A stretch of 32,000 nucleotides of DNA from Halomicronema hongdechloris C2206 (GCF_002075285.3 NZ_CP021983.2:420001-452000); one strand, 5' to 3'; numbered from the stretch's first letter, positions 8,914-16,258 are shown. Notes: generated from the letters alone by a model not told the origin. Translations and numbers: made by a program.

Positions 8914-9456
8914 CTACTCATACCCAATCTTCTCATCAAACTCAATCGCTCCACCCGCACCCCACTCTGCCGGATAACCCCCATCTTTGACATAGCGATG
9001 AAAGCTTGAATAGGGCCAGCCTTGTGGCGAATCGACTAGGCCATGTTTGACAGGGTTGTAGTGAATGTAATCGACATGATGGCGGAAGTCGGTTTCGTTT
9101 CGGATCTGGTGCTCCCAGAACCGACGCTGCCAGATGGCGTGTTCGCCTTTACTGCGACGAGAAGAGGACGGCTGTTGCCGATATGGGTGAGGGCACTGTC
9201 GGCTAAATCGAGCCTTGATCCTTTTCCAGCGAGATGAGAAGTCGGCATCTTCATCGGGCAGTGTCCAAATGCAGTGGAGGTGATCGGGCAAAATGACGAT
9301 GGCGTCGATGGTGAAGGGGGATTCGGTTTTGACGCTGCGGAAGGCTTGGCGAAGGAGTCCGATAGTTGAGTCGTTGTCGAAGAGGGATTGCCGTTGATGG
9401 GTGACGACGGTGAAGAAGTAGGTTGCCCCTGGAATTTTGGCGCGGCGGTAATGCAT
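8914..9456 (-). CDS. REP-associated tyrosine transposase (RAYT, IS200/IS605-like Y1 HUH enzyme)
   Basis: Contains the HUH motif LPDHLHCIW and the catalytic Tyr region VDYIHYNPVKHGLV. It is flanked by REP hairpins. Confidence 0.9.
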   Translation of the reverse strand: MHYRRAKIPGATYFFTVVTHQRQSLFDNDSTIGLLRQAFRSVKTESPFTIDAIVILPDHLHCIWTLPDEDADFSSRWKRIKARFSRQCPHPYRQQPSSSRRSKGEHAIWQRRFWEHQIRNETDFRHHVDYIHYNPVKHGLVDSPQGWPYSSFHRYVKDGGYPAEWGAGGAIEFDEKIGYE

Positions 9457-9548
9457 GGAGATAGTGATGAGTCCATGGGCTTAGGGTAGGCTGCATAGAA
9501 GGAAAGATATCGGTGCTGTTGGGTTTCGCTGCGCTGCACCCAATCTAC
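9194..9548. repeat. copy 1 of a ~355-bp direct repeat (RAYT 5' half plus REP)
   Basis: Aligns base-for-base with 12905..13260 (about 95% identical by eye, with one 1-nt indel). Confidence 0.85.
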
Positions 9549-9550
9549 TA

Positions 9551-10754
9551 GCGCGGCAAGGCTAAAATATTGGGTAAAAGGTCAAGAAGAATGCTGCTAT
9601 GCCCCACCCTGATAAGTACGTTGTCAATCTCAGCGAAAGTGAGCGAGAGCGCCTCAAAGACATTAGTCGCAACGGGAAAGCCCCTGCGAAGAAAATCCTC
9701 CACGCCAGAATCTTGCTTTTGGCTGACCAAACTCATCAAGAGGGCGGTTGGACAGACCAACGCATTGGGGAAGCAATGGGTCTCCATCCCTACAGCGTGG
9801 CTCGCATTCGCAAACGGTTTGTCACGCAAGGAGAAGCGCCAGCGCTCAATCGCAAAGTTCGCACCACCCCGCCTGTGGCCCCCAAAGTAGACGGTGAAGT
9901 TGAAGCTCAACTGGTTGCCATCTGTTGTTCTACGCCCCCTGAGGGACGTGCTCGTTGGACGTTAAATTTATTAGTCGATGCCTTGAAAGCCCGCAGCATT
10001 GTCACCGAAATTAGTCGCGAAACCGTGCGTCAGACGCTTAAAAAAATGAATTACGACCTTGGAAAAAGCAACGATACTGCATCCCAGAGAAAGACACGGC
10101 CCGCTTTGTAGCTCAAATGGAAGTCGTGCTGGACCTGTACACAGCGGAGCACTCGCCTGAAGAGCCCCTCATCTGCATGGATGAAGCGGCGATTGAGTTG
10201 CATAAGGATGTCTATCCATCTCAACCCATGCAGCCAGGTTCAGATGCCAAAGAGGATTACCACTACGAGCGCGAAGGGGTACGCGCGTTGTTCATGTTCT
10301 TTGACCCGATTCGCGGCTGGCGACGGGTGAGTAGCCGAGAGCATCGTACCCGCATCGATTGGGCCGAAGAAGTCAAACAATTGTTAGACGAAGATTATCC
10401 TCATGCTCGCAAGGTCAAACTCTTGTGTGACAACCTCAACACCCATCATATTGCCTCACTCTATGAAGCCTTGGATGCGGATGAAGCCCATCGTTTAGCC
10501 CGGCGATTAGAGCTGTTCTACACCCCACGCAATGGGAGCTGGCTGAATGTCACCGAAATTGAGTTGAGTGTCTTACAGCAGCAATGTCTTGACCGTCGGA
10601 TTGGCGATCCCATTACGCTTGAGCAAGCGTTAGCAGCTTGGCAACAGCAGCGTAATTCACAACAAGCAGGCGTTGTTTGGCGCTTTACCACTCAAGATGC
10701 CAGAATCAAGCTGCGCCGCCTTTATCCTAACCCAGCAAATTAGCCTTGCCACGC
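9551..10754 (+). mobile_element. IS630-family insertion sequence with a TA target duplication
   Basis: The terminal inverted repeats are GCGCGGCAAGGCTAA (9551-) and TTAGCCTTGCCACGC (-10754). TA flanks both ends (9549-9550 and 10755-10756). Confidence 0.9.
9599..10743 (+). CDS. IS630-family transposase; ORFA (9599..10111) and ORFB joined by a -1 frameshift on A7 at 10040-10046
   Basis: A -1 slip on CTT-AAA-AAA-A gives ...TLKKNELRPWKKQRYCIPEKDTARFVAQMEVVLDLY..., a continuous DDE transposase. ORFB carries DNLNTH...NGSWLNVTE. Confidence 0.85.
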
Positions 10755-10797
10755 TACTACAACTGCTATCTTGAGAGTGTTGTAGTGGGCTTGAGCC

Positions 10798-11010
10798 ATG
10801 CAAGATACTCTCAACATTCCTCTAACACCAGAACTAAGGTCCGCGATTGATCGCCTGACTGAGGCAGAAGGCTTATCACCGGAGGGATTAGTGCAGAAGG
10901 CCCTACAAGAGTTTGTCTTTGTGCATCAATTCAGGTCGCTACGAGAGCAGCTTTTGCAAAAGTCTCAGGCTGACTACACTGACGATGACATCTTTGAAAT
11001 GGTGTCATGA
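10798..11010 (+). CDS. small antitoxin-like protein (VapB-type position)
   Basis: 70 aa. Its stop forms an ATGA overlap with a PIN-type start (MILVLDTNVLI). Confidence 0.6.
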   Translation: MQDTLNIPLTPELRSAIDRLTEAEGLSPEGLVQKALQEFVFVHQFRSLREQLLQKSQADYTDDDIFEMVS

Positions 11011-11042
11011 TCTTGGTATTGGATACCAACGTTTTGATCTGA
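11007..11042 (+). pseudogene. vapC: vapC (PIN toxin) stub of 11 codons
   Basis: ATG ATC TTG GTA TTG GAT ACC AAC GTT TTG ATC TGA encodes MILVLDTNVLI*, a canonical PIN N-terminus. A shifted frame just downstream reads DTLLPRDFAAYEDRLAFD*, which looks like a PIN C-terminus and suggests an internal deletion. Confidence 0.6.
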
Positions 11043-11124
11043 TACCTTGCTGCCTAGAGATTTTGCGGCTTACGAGGATCGGTTAGCTTTTGATTAAAGA
11101 TGACTCTCTGTGCCGTTCTATAAA

Positions 11125-11173
11125 TGAATAAATTGGGTGGTTGAATAAATTGGGTGGTGGGCGTTGCTCACCC
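11125..11173. repeat. tandem 17-bp duplication TGAATAAATTGGGTGGT x2 followed by a GGGCGTTGCTCACCC hairpin-like motif
   Basis: The copies lie at 11125-11141 and 11142-11158. The motif TGAATnnATTGGGTGGTGGGC recurs at 12878-12898 on the other side of the HNH cassette. Confidence 0.7.
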
Positions 11174-11268
11174 TACTTTTGCTTAACAGGGCTAGGTTCA
11201 GTGCAAGTTCGATAGTTGCTTCTGGGTAAGCTAGACTCTAAACATCGGTCTTGTAGGGGATAAGCTGA

Positions 11269-11853
11269 ATGCCATCAAAAAGTCAGCTTCAAGCAACGCT
11301 TAAGGAAAAGTATGGCATTAATAAAAATATTACTCAACGTTTGAGTGCAGCAGACTGTGAAAACTTACTAAATCTTCTCGACACTCAATCCAGCGCGGAG
11401 AGGTTGGTTGAAGTATTTGTCGACAAGAACAACGAGCTTTCAAATAATAACCGCTACTTTGGTCAACGCCGAAGTCAGGCAGAGAAGAAGTTTGAGCGAT
11501 TACAAGCGGAACATCATCAGCTACAAAAGTCCATTGCTGAGCTAGAGGCTAAAAACAACAACTTAGGCGAGCGCAAACAGGGGTTATTCGAAGAACAACA
11601 GGCTCTTGAAGCTGAAATCAACAAGCTGACTTCCGAAAACAGAAATTTAAGCGTAAAAGTACAAAGTCTGACAACTCACAATGACGAACTTGTTACAGCT
11701 AATGACCAGCTCAAAAAAGATAACAAGGAACTTAAGAACATAGTCGATCAAATTCGCCTACGGCTAGCTCGCGATACAAAACTGCTTTTGCAATACGAAG
11801 ATAGCGAAATTCGTAAAGCGCTCATCCGCTTATTCCGCTGGACTTTAGGGTAA
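11269..11853 (+). CDS. coiled-coil protein with a short helix-extended-helix-like N-terminus
   Basis: AGGGGA lies 8 nt upstream of the ATG. Residues ~70-175 are heptad-rich (LQAEHHQLQKSIAELEAKNNNL...). The DNA is AT-rich, where long ORFs are unlikely by chance. Confidence 0.7.
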   Translation: MPSKSQLQATLKEKYGINKNITQRLSAADCENLLNLLDTQSSAERLVEVFVDKNNELSNNNRYFGQRRSQAEKKFERLQAEHHQLQKSIAELEAKNNNLGERKQGLFEEQQALEAEINKLTSENRNLSVKVQSLTTHNDELVTANDQLKKDNKELKNIVDQIRLRLARDTKLLLQYEDSEIRKALIRLFRWTLG

Positions 11854-11865
11854 AGGATAGTAGCT

Positions 11866-12294
11866 ATGGGAAGCAAAAAAAGTCAGAAGCGACTCTTCAG
11901 TGGAATGGGTTACCGTGAGGTTCAGCGGTCAAACTCTAACCGTAGAAGTAAATTGCCCAAACAAGATCAAAAATGGCTTAAAGATAATGGCTATAAAAAC
12001 GTTGGCTGGGATAATGTTATAAAACTCTACCAAAAAATTAATGACTTTTTATCCTCTTCTGATTTAGATGACCCTAGCTTAGAAGATCTATTTTTAAAGG
12101 CTGATAAAATTGGCAGTAAGTATCAGACTCAAGAGGAGATAAAAGCTTTTAACCAAGCTCTCAAGCTAGAAGTCGAAGAGATTTCTGATGAAATTGATAA
12201 ACAATTTCCTGATTCAGAATATGAGCTTTTAGATTACAGTCAGCATTCTGTCGGCAAAACAAGTAAAAAGGCTAATACAAAGCGTAAAAAGTAA
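11866..12294 (+). CDS. hypothetical basic protein that shares a segment with the N-terminus of the downstream HNH protein
   Basis: AAGGA RBS, 12 nt after the upstream stop. SLEDLFLKADKIGSKY (aa 71-86) resembles TLQDLFKLADKVGNRRY in the next gene. Confidence 0.65.
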   Translation: MGSKKSQKRLFSGMGYREVQRSNSNRRSKLPKQDQKWLKDNGYKNVGWDNVIKLYQKINDFLSSSDLDDPSLEDLFLKADKIGSKYQTQEEIKAFNQALKLEVEEISDEIDKQFPDSEYELLDYSQHSVGKTSKKANTKRKK

Positions 12295-12300
12295 TATTTT

Positions 12301-12771
12301 ATGAGTTCTTGTCCTATGTCTATGGAAGAAGAAAAAACGCTTCAAGATCTCTTTAAGCTAGCTGATAAAGTTGGCAATAGGCGTTACCACAAACTGACTC
12401 GTCAGGATCTTCAAGATTATCGAAAATTTGACTACTGGCGATATGTGAACGGTGATAGCGAATGCGGAACGACAGAGGAAAGTAGGCAATGGGCTAGAGA
12501 CAACTCAGAGCACTACTGCCCTGTATGTGGAGAACGATTCAGTAGGAATAATGGCAGAAGTATCGATCATAAATTGCCTCGTGCTCAATATCCCTGGCTA
12601 TCGCTAGATTTCAGAAACTTATGGGTGATTTGCCATCAATGCAATCAAGAAAAAGGAGAGATGCACTGGTATGAATATGAGCACTATATTTTTACTAGAT
12701 ATCCCGAAAGATACGAAGATATTGTATTCGCTAGGCCAAGACAACTCCTCAAACGCTCAAAATCTAAATAG
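12301..12771 (+). CDS. HNH endonuclease
   Basis: CPVCGERF...SIDHKLPR...NLWVICHQCNQEKG is a CxxC plus H-N-H zinc-finger nuclease motif. The gene starts 6 nt after the upstream stop. Confidence 0.8.
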   Translation: MSSCPMSMEEEKTLQDLFKLADKVGNRRYHKLTRQDLQDYRKFDYWRYVNGDSECGTTEESRQWARDNSEHYCPVCGERFSRNNGRSIDHKLPRAQYPWLSLDFRNLWVICHQCNQEKGEMHWYEYEHYIFTRYPERYEDIVFARPRQLLKRSKSK

Positions 12772-12877
12772 TATTCAAGTTTTCGACGTTTGTGATGGAT
12801 GGGGTTTATGGGAAGGATTGGGGATGTCGGCGCGAAGGGAAAGAGGCCGCGTTTGAGGATGAGGGGTTAGCGGTGGG

Positions 12878-12907
12878 TGAATGTATTGGGTGGTGGGCAG
12901 TGCCCAC
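12878..12907. repeat. REP-like motif TGAATGTATTGGGTGGTGGGCAGTGCCCAC (right-hand partner of 11125..11173)
   Basis: Shares TGAATnnATTGGGTGGTGGGC with the left copy and contains the GTGGGCA/TGCCCAC inverted repeat. Confidence 0.6.
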
Positions 12908-13168
12908 TGTCGGCTAAATCGAGCCTTGATCATTTTCCAGCGAGATGAGAAGTCGGCATTTTCATCGGGCAGTGTCCAAATGCAGTGGAGGTGATCGGGC
13001 AAAATGACGATGGCCGTCGATGGTGAAGGGGGATTCGGCTTTGACGCTACGGAAGGCTTGGCGAAGGAGTCCGATAGTTGAGTCGTTGTCGAAGAGGGAT
13101 TGTCGTTGATGGGTGACGACGGTGAAGAAGTAGGTTGCCCCTGAGGTTTTGGCACGGCGATAGCGCAT
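12905..13168 (-). pseudogene. truncated and frameshifted RAYT copy (5' half only)
   Basis: MRYRRAKTSGATYFFTVVTHQRQSLFDNDSTIGLLRQAFRSVKAESPFTID is followed by a 1-nt insertion (GATGGCCGTCGATGG versus GATGGCGTCGATGG in copy 1). IVILPDHLHCIWTLPDE..ARFSRQ continues in another frame, and homology ends at 12905. Confidence 0.85.
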
Positions 13169-13260
13169 GGAGATTGTGATGAGTCCATGGGCTTAGGGTA
13201 GGCTGGATGGAAGGAAAAATATCGGTGATGTTGGGTTTCGCTGCGCTGCACCCAATCTAC
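12905..13260. repeat. copy 2 of the ~355-bp direct repeat (RAYT 5' half plus REP)
   Basis: Same orientation as 9194..9548. Confidence 0.85.
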
Positions 13261-13443
13261 GAGAGCGATGCGATAGCACTTATAGTGTTCTTAAGAGGAA
13301 TGAATCATGCTTACACACCAGATGTAGGACTTGACTTTCCCGTACAATACCACCTAACAACGATAGGTGCATGCTCGTTCCATGCAGCATATAATTGAGA
13401 GGTACACATCTTTATTAATCAGAAGTGAGACAACGCTATAAAG

Positions 13444-14433
13444 ATGAAAATGAGCATACCAAAAGAAATTCAAGATTGTATACAAACTATATCAAACCAA
13501 CTTGATGCCGATCTATTACTTTATAGTGCAGACATTGATGAGGAAAATGCAGATATTTTAATAGAAGCCATTCGCAAAAAGGCTCCTAAGAGAGAAAATG
13601 TTGTCTTGATCTTAGCGACTTATGGAGGTGATCCGGATGCTGCTTATAGAATTACACGTTGCCTGAAGAGAGCGTATAGCAAATTTACATTGTTTATTTT
13701 TGGCTACTGCAAGAGCGCTGGCACTTTGATCGCCATTGGTGCTGATGAAATAGTTATGTCGGATCTTGCTGAACTTGGTCCTTTAGATGTCCAAGTCTTA
13801 AAAGAAAATGATTTTAGAAGATCTTCTGGTCTTGACTTACAACAAGCGCTTACTATTTTGGGCCATGAAACATTTAATGCTTTCGAAGTTGGCTTTCTTT
13901 CAACTATTTATAAGTCAGGTGGAGTTATTACCTCCAAAATGGCGGCTGATATTGCAAGCAATATGGCAATTGGGTTACTAGCCCCCATTGCTGGTCAAAT
14001 AGATCCTCTGAGACTGGGCGAACTTTCTAGATCTATGCAAGTCGCTTATGAATATGGGACAAGGCTAAACCCAAATATAAAAAAATCTATTAACAAGCTA
14101 GTCGCTGGATATCCATCTCATAGCTTCGTCATTGATAGAGAAGAAGCGCAAGAATTATTTCGGAATGTCCGTAAACCGACAGATGCAGAATCAATCTTGG
14201 AATCTGTATTGTATGAGTGTGCGAGATCACCTGCCCCTCAAGATATGATATTCTCCTTGGATGTTTCCCTAACGGAAGAAGATCAAGAATATCAGGAGCA
14301 CAAGCAAGCTGAAAATCTAGAGGAAGCTAATGAGCATGGAGGACAACATGAATTTAATGGAAAGAGGGAACATATCGATGATGCTACTTCAACAAATGAA
14401 TCGGTTGGAGAAGATAAAGCCGAGACAACATGA
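13444..14433 (+). CDS. SDH-family / ClpP-SppA-fold serine protease-like protein with an acidic C-terminal tail
   Basis: VVLILATYGGDPDAAYRITRCLKR...FIFGYCKSAGTLIAIGADEIVMSDLAELGPLD fits the Clp-fold serine protease core (nucleophile Ser in KSAGT). Recognised from memory of PF01972-like sequences. Confidence 0.7.
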   Translation: MKMSIPKEIQDCIQTISNQLDADLLLYSADIDEENADILIEAIRKKAPKRENVVLILATYGGDPDAAYRITRCLKRAYSKFTLFIFGYCKSAGTLIAIGADEIVMSDLAELGPLDVQVLKENDFRRSSGLDLQQALTILGHETFNAFEVGFLSTIYKSGGVITSKMAADIASNMAIGLLAPIAGQIDPLRLGELSRSMQVAYEYGTRLNPNIKKSINKLVAGYPSHSFVIDREEAQELFRNVRKPTDAESILESVLYECARSPAPQDMIFSLDVSLTEEDQEYQEHKQAENLEEANEHGGQHEFNGKREHIDDATSTNESVGEDKAETT

Positions 14434-14656
14434 GAAAGCATCTGGGGCTCTTGATGAAGATCAACGGTTAATCAGAATAAATGTCTTCAACCATAAAAAC
14501 TTTGATTTTGAAGGACAGAAAAGTAACAGTAAGTTATTGACGAGGGAGGAATTTGTTAGGCGACTAAACAATGTTGACCTTGATAAAATCAATTACGAGA
14601 TATCTTCCCGTAATAACACAAACAAAAGCAAAAATCAGGAAGCAAATGGAGATTAA
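14378..14656 (+). CDS. hypothetical Lys/Asn-rich small protein; start uncertain
   Basis: A 108-codon open frame (track 14330..14656) in AT-rich DNA. The in-frame ATGs at 14378, 14381 and 14396 all overlap the protease 3' end, and there is no ATG after 14433. Confidence 0.35.
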   Translation: MMLLQQMNRLEKIKPRQHEKASGALDEDQRLIRINVFNHKNFDFEGQKSNSKLLTREEFVRRLNNVDLDKINYEISSRNNTNKSKNQEANGD

Positions 14657-14747
14657 AGTCGATAGTTCCCTCGTCTATTCTTATGGGCTATTTAGGCTTA
14701 CTTGATCAACTCGCCTGAGTTTTGTCGATAAAATATTTCTCTAGGCC

Positions 14748-14926
14748 CTTAGTAGTGCAGAAACCTCAGACGAGTCTCATTTGAGACTAAGATGCGTTCA
14801 AAATCGTTCTCTGAAACCTCGAAAATAGGTGGTTGTGGCGCTTGATAACTGACAAAGGGCTAAGATGGCTCTTTTCATGAGATTCCTTTGGTAGCAATAC
14901 TTTCAGGACTGTTTTGCACCACTAAG
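14748..14926. mobile_element. 179-bp MITE-like element with imperfect ~16-bp terminal inverted repeats and a 9-bp target duplication
   Basis: The left TIR is CTTAGTAGTGCAGAAAC, and the reverse complement of the right TIR is CTTAGTGGTGCAAAAC. CTCTAGGCC is present at 14739-14747 and 14927-14935. Confidence 0.6.
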
Positions 14927-15148
14927 CTCTAGGCCTGAGCTCGAGGTATTCTGTATTGGCTAAATCAGGGGGCCAAGGGTCAGTCTGTTTTACCTTTCTT
15001 TCTTTTCTTTCGACTAAACCATAGTCGAAAAGGCCGTTTAGGAGATTTTTCGGAATCCTCGACATCCTTGTAAATGAAGGTTTTAGCACAACCATCCTCC
15101 ACTACTTCCACTAGAACACGCTTCCGTTTAGGAACGCTGGACAACAAA

Positions 15149-15988
15149 TTAGACATTATTCTTCGTCCTCCATAACAGTCGAATCGCCCCGCTTCTAGCT
15201 ATTATCCAGTCTATCGCCTCATCATGTAGCGACTTATCCTCCATCCTGAGTATATTATCAGAATTATCTGAGTCGATGGCAAGTAATCCTGCAATTGAAC
15301 CTTCTTGAAAAACTGCTGCCACCAGTACGACTTGTATATTTCTATTTATTAGGATTTTGTTTTCATCGGTCAAATGTCTATAGCTCGACGGCAAGGAAGC
15401 TGAATTGGCAAAGTTAATAAATTCTATGCGTTGTTTCTTGTTTTTTAGAAAAGTGTATCCGACTACACCTTCATTCAGACTGAATTTAGCTAAAAGCTCT
15501 TTCTCTGGAACATTTTTAGTCCTACAAACCATCTGAAACTTCCAGGCAAAGAAATTCTGTCTCACAGGAATAAAAATGGTGATTCTAATATTTTCACTAA
15601 GATGAAACTTCTGTCTAAATCTCTTCTTTAAAGCATTTAGTTCAATCGCAATAGCAGGTATGAGATTCTCCTCGACCACTATGGAAAGTTGACCAGCCTC
15701 TCTTTTAGAAGCTAAAGTATAAGACACCCAAGGTATAACGTATGATAATGAAATCACAATTATTGAAATTATAGTCGCCATTCGTTCATTCCTAAAAATT
15801 GTCCAGGAGTTGGGAATAGGACTACTTTCTTCCAGGAAAAAGGATTGAGTGTCGCTCAAGCTGATTATAATCAGTGTAGTAATAAAAAATAGAGAAAGTA
15901 GTACCTGAATAAAGTGAAATTTACGTAATAAATAATCGAGTTCATATTGGATGGTTTTTCTAATGCACAGCAAGTTGGATTTTGACAT
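15149..15988 (-). CDS. membrane protein: two N-terminal TM helices plus a C-terminal GAF-like domain
   Basis: ATG at 15988. The hydrophobic helices are FIQVLLSLFFITTLIIISL and MATIISIIVISLSYVIPWVSY. The C-terminal ~150 aa show a GAF-like pattern (IRITIFIPV, NEGVVGYTF, IQVVLVAAVFQEGSIAGLLAIDSD). Confidence 0.7.
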   Translation of the reverse strand: MSKSNLLCIRKTIQYELDYLLRKFHFIQVLLSLFFITTLIIISLSDTQSFFLEESSPIPNSWTIFRNERMATIISIIVISLSYVIPWVSYTLASKREAGQLSIVVEENLIPAIAIELNALKKRFRQKFHLSENIRITIFIPVRQNFFAWKFQMVCRTKNVPEKELLAKFSLNEGVVGYTFLKNKKQRIEFINFANSASLPSSYRHLTDENKILINRNIQVVLVAAVFQEGSIAGLLAIDSDNSDNILRMEDKSLHDEAIDWIIARSGAIRLLWRTKNNV

Positions 15989-15991
15989 GCC

Positions 15992-16258
15992 TTACTCTTT
16001 AACGGCAAATGGAGATCGATAAATTCTATCGATTTCAAATGTTAATCTAGTTAATCTTCTTTCCCAGGTAAGTTTTATTATTTTTATGTCCGCGAAAGCA
16101 ACCCATTCTTCATTTACCAATGGGATCGGAACATCAACTGGGAAAATTCGATACCCATCTTTTTGAGCCTCATATTGTTTGTTGAAATCTAAGTTTTCCG
16201 GATATCCTTGTGCTTTTCTGATTTTCAATATGCTGTTTACTTCGCATGGCATTCCCAC
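15992..16258 (-). CDS. small protein, DUF2584-like (tentative)
   Basis: A GTG start with AAGGAG 7 nt upstream gives MGMPCEVNS...KDGYRIFPVDVPIPL. From memory this resembles the Firmicutes DUF2584 family (MGMP...GYR.YP.D.P). Its stop lies 3 nt before the next ATG. Confidence 0.65.
   Translation of the reverse strand: MGMPCEVNSILKIRKAQGYPENLDFNKQYEAQKDGYRIFPVDVPIPLVNEEWVAFADIKIIKLTWERRLTRLTFEIDRIYRSPFAVKE

Noticed and set aside
9036-9539. 167-aa and 81-aa alternate-frame ORFs overlapping the RAYT gene
   Set aside because: Their translations are Pro/Ser-rich and low-complexity. The RAYT frame has the HUH and Tyr motifs.
12775-13251. 158-aa ORF spanning the truncated RAYT copy
   Set aside because: It is a composite reading. 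Part of it is the shifted RAYT frame (IVILPDHLHCIW...) and the rest is alternate-frame Pro/Ser-rich sequence and non-homologous DNA. I interpret it as a pseudogene, not a protein.
13207-13398. 63-aa plus-strand ORF upstream of the protease gene, and a TATAAT box at ~13391
   Set aside because: The ORF starts inside the REP/RAYT repeat and has no RBS. The TATAAT lacks a convincing -35 element, so I do not call a promoter.
15011-15029. Hairpin TCGACT-AAACCAT-AGTCGA downstream of the 2TM-GAF gene, considered as a terminator
   Set aside because: It is a 6-bp stem with no U-tract in the minus-strand sense, so it is not a convincing intrinsic terminator.
14980-15146. ~55-codon minus-strand ORF just downstream of the 2TM-GAF gene (LSSVPKRKRVLVEVVEDGCAKTFIYKDVEDSEKSPKRPFRLWFSRKKRKKGKTD*)
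   Set aside because: It has only TTG or GTG starts and no RBS. It could be a third gene of the operon or a relic, and the evidence is insufficient.
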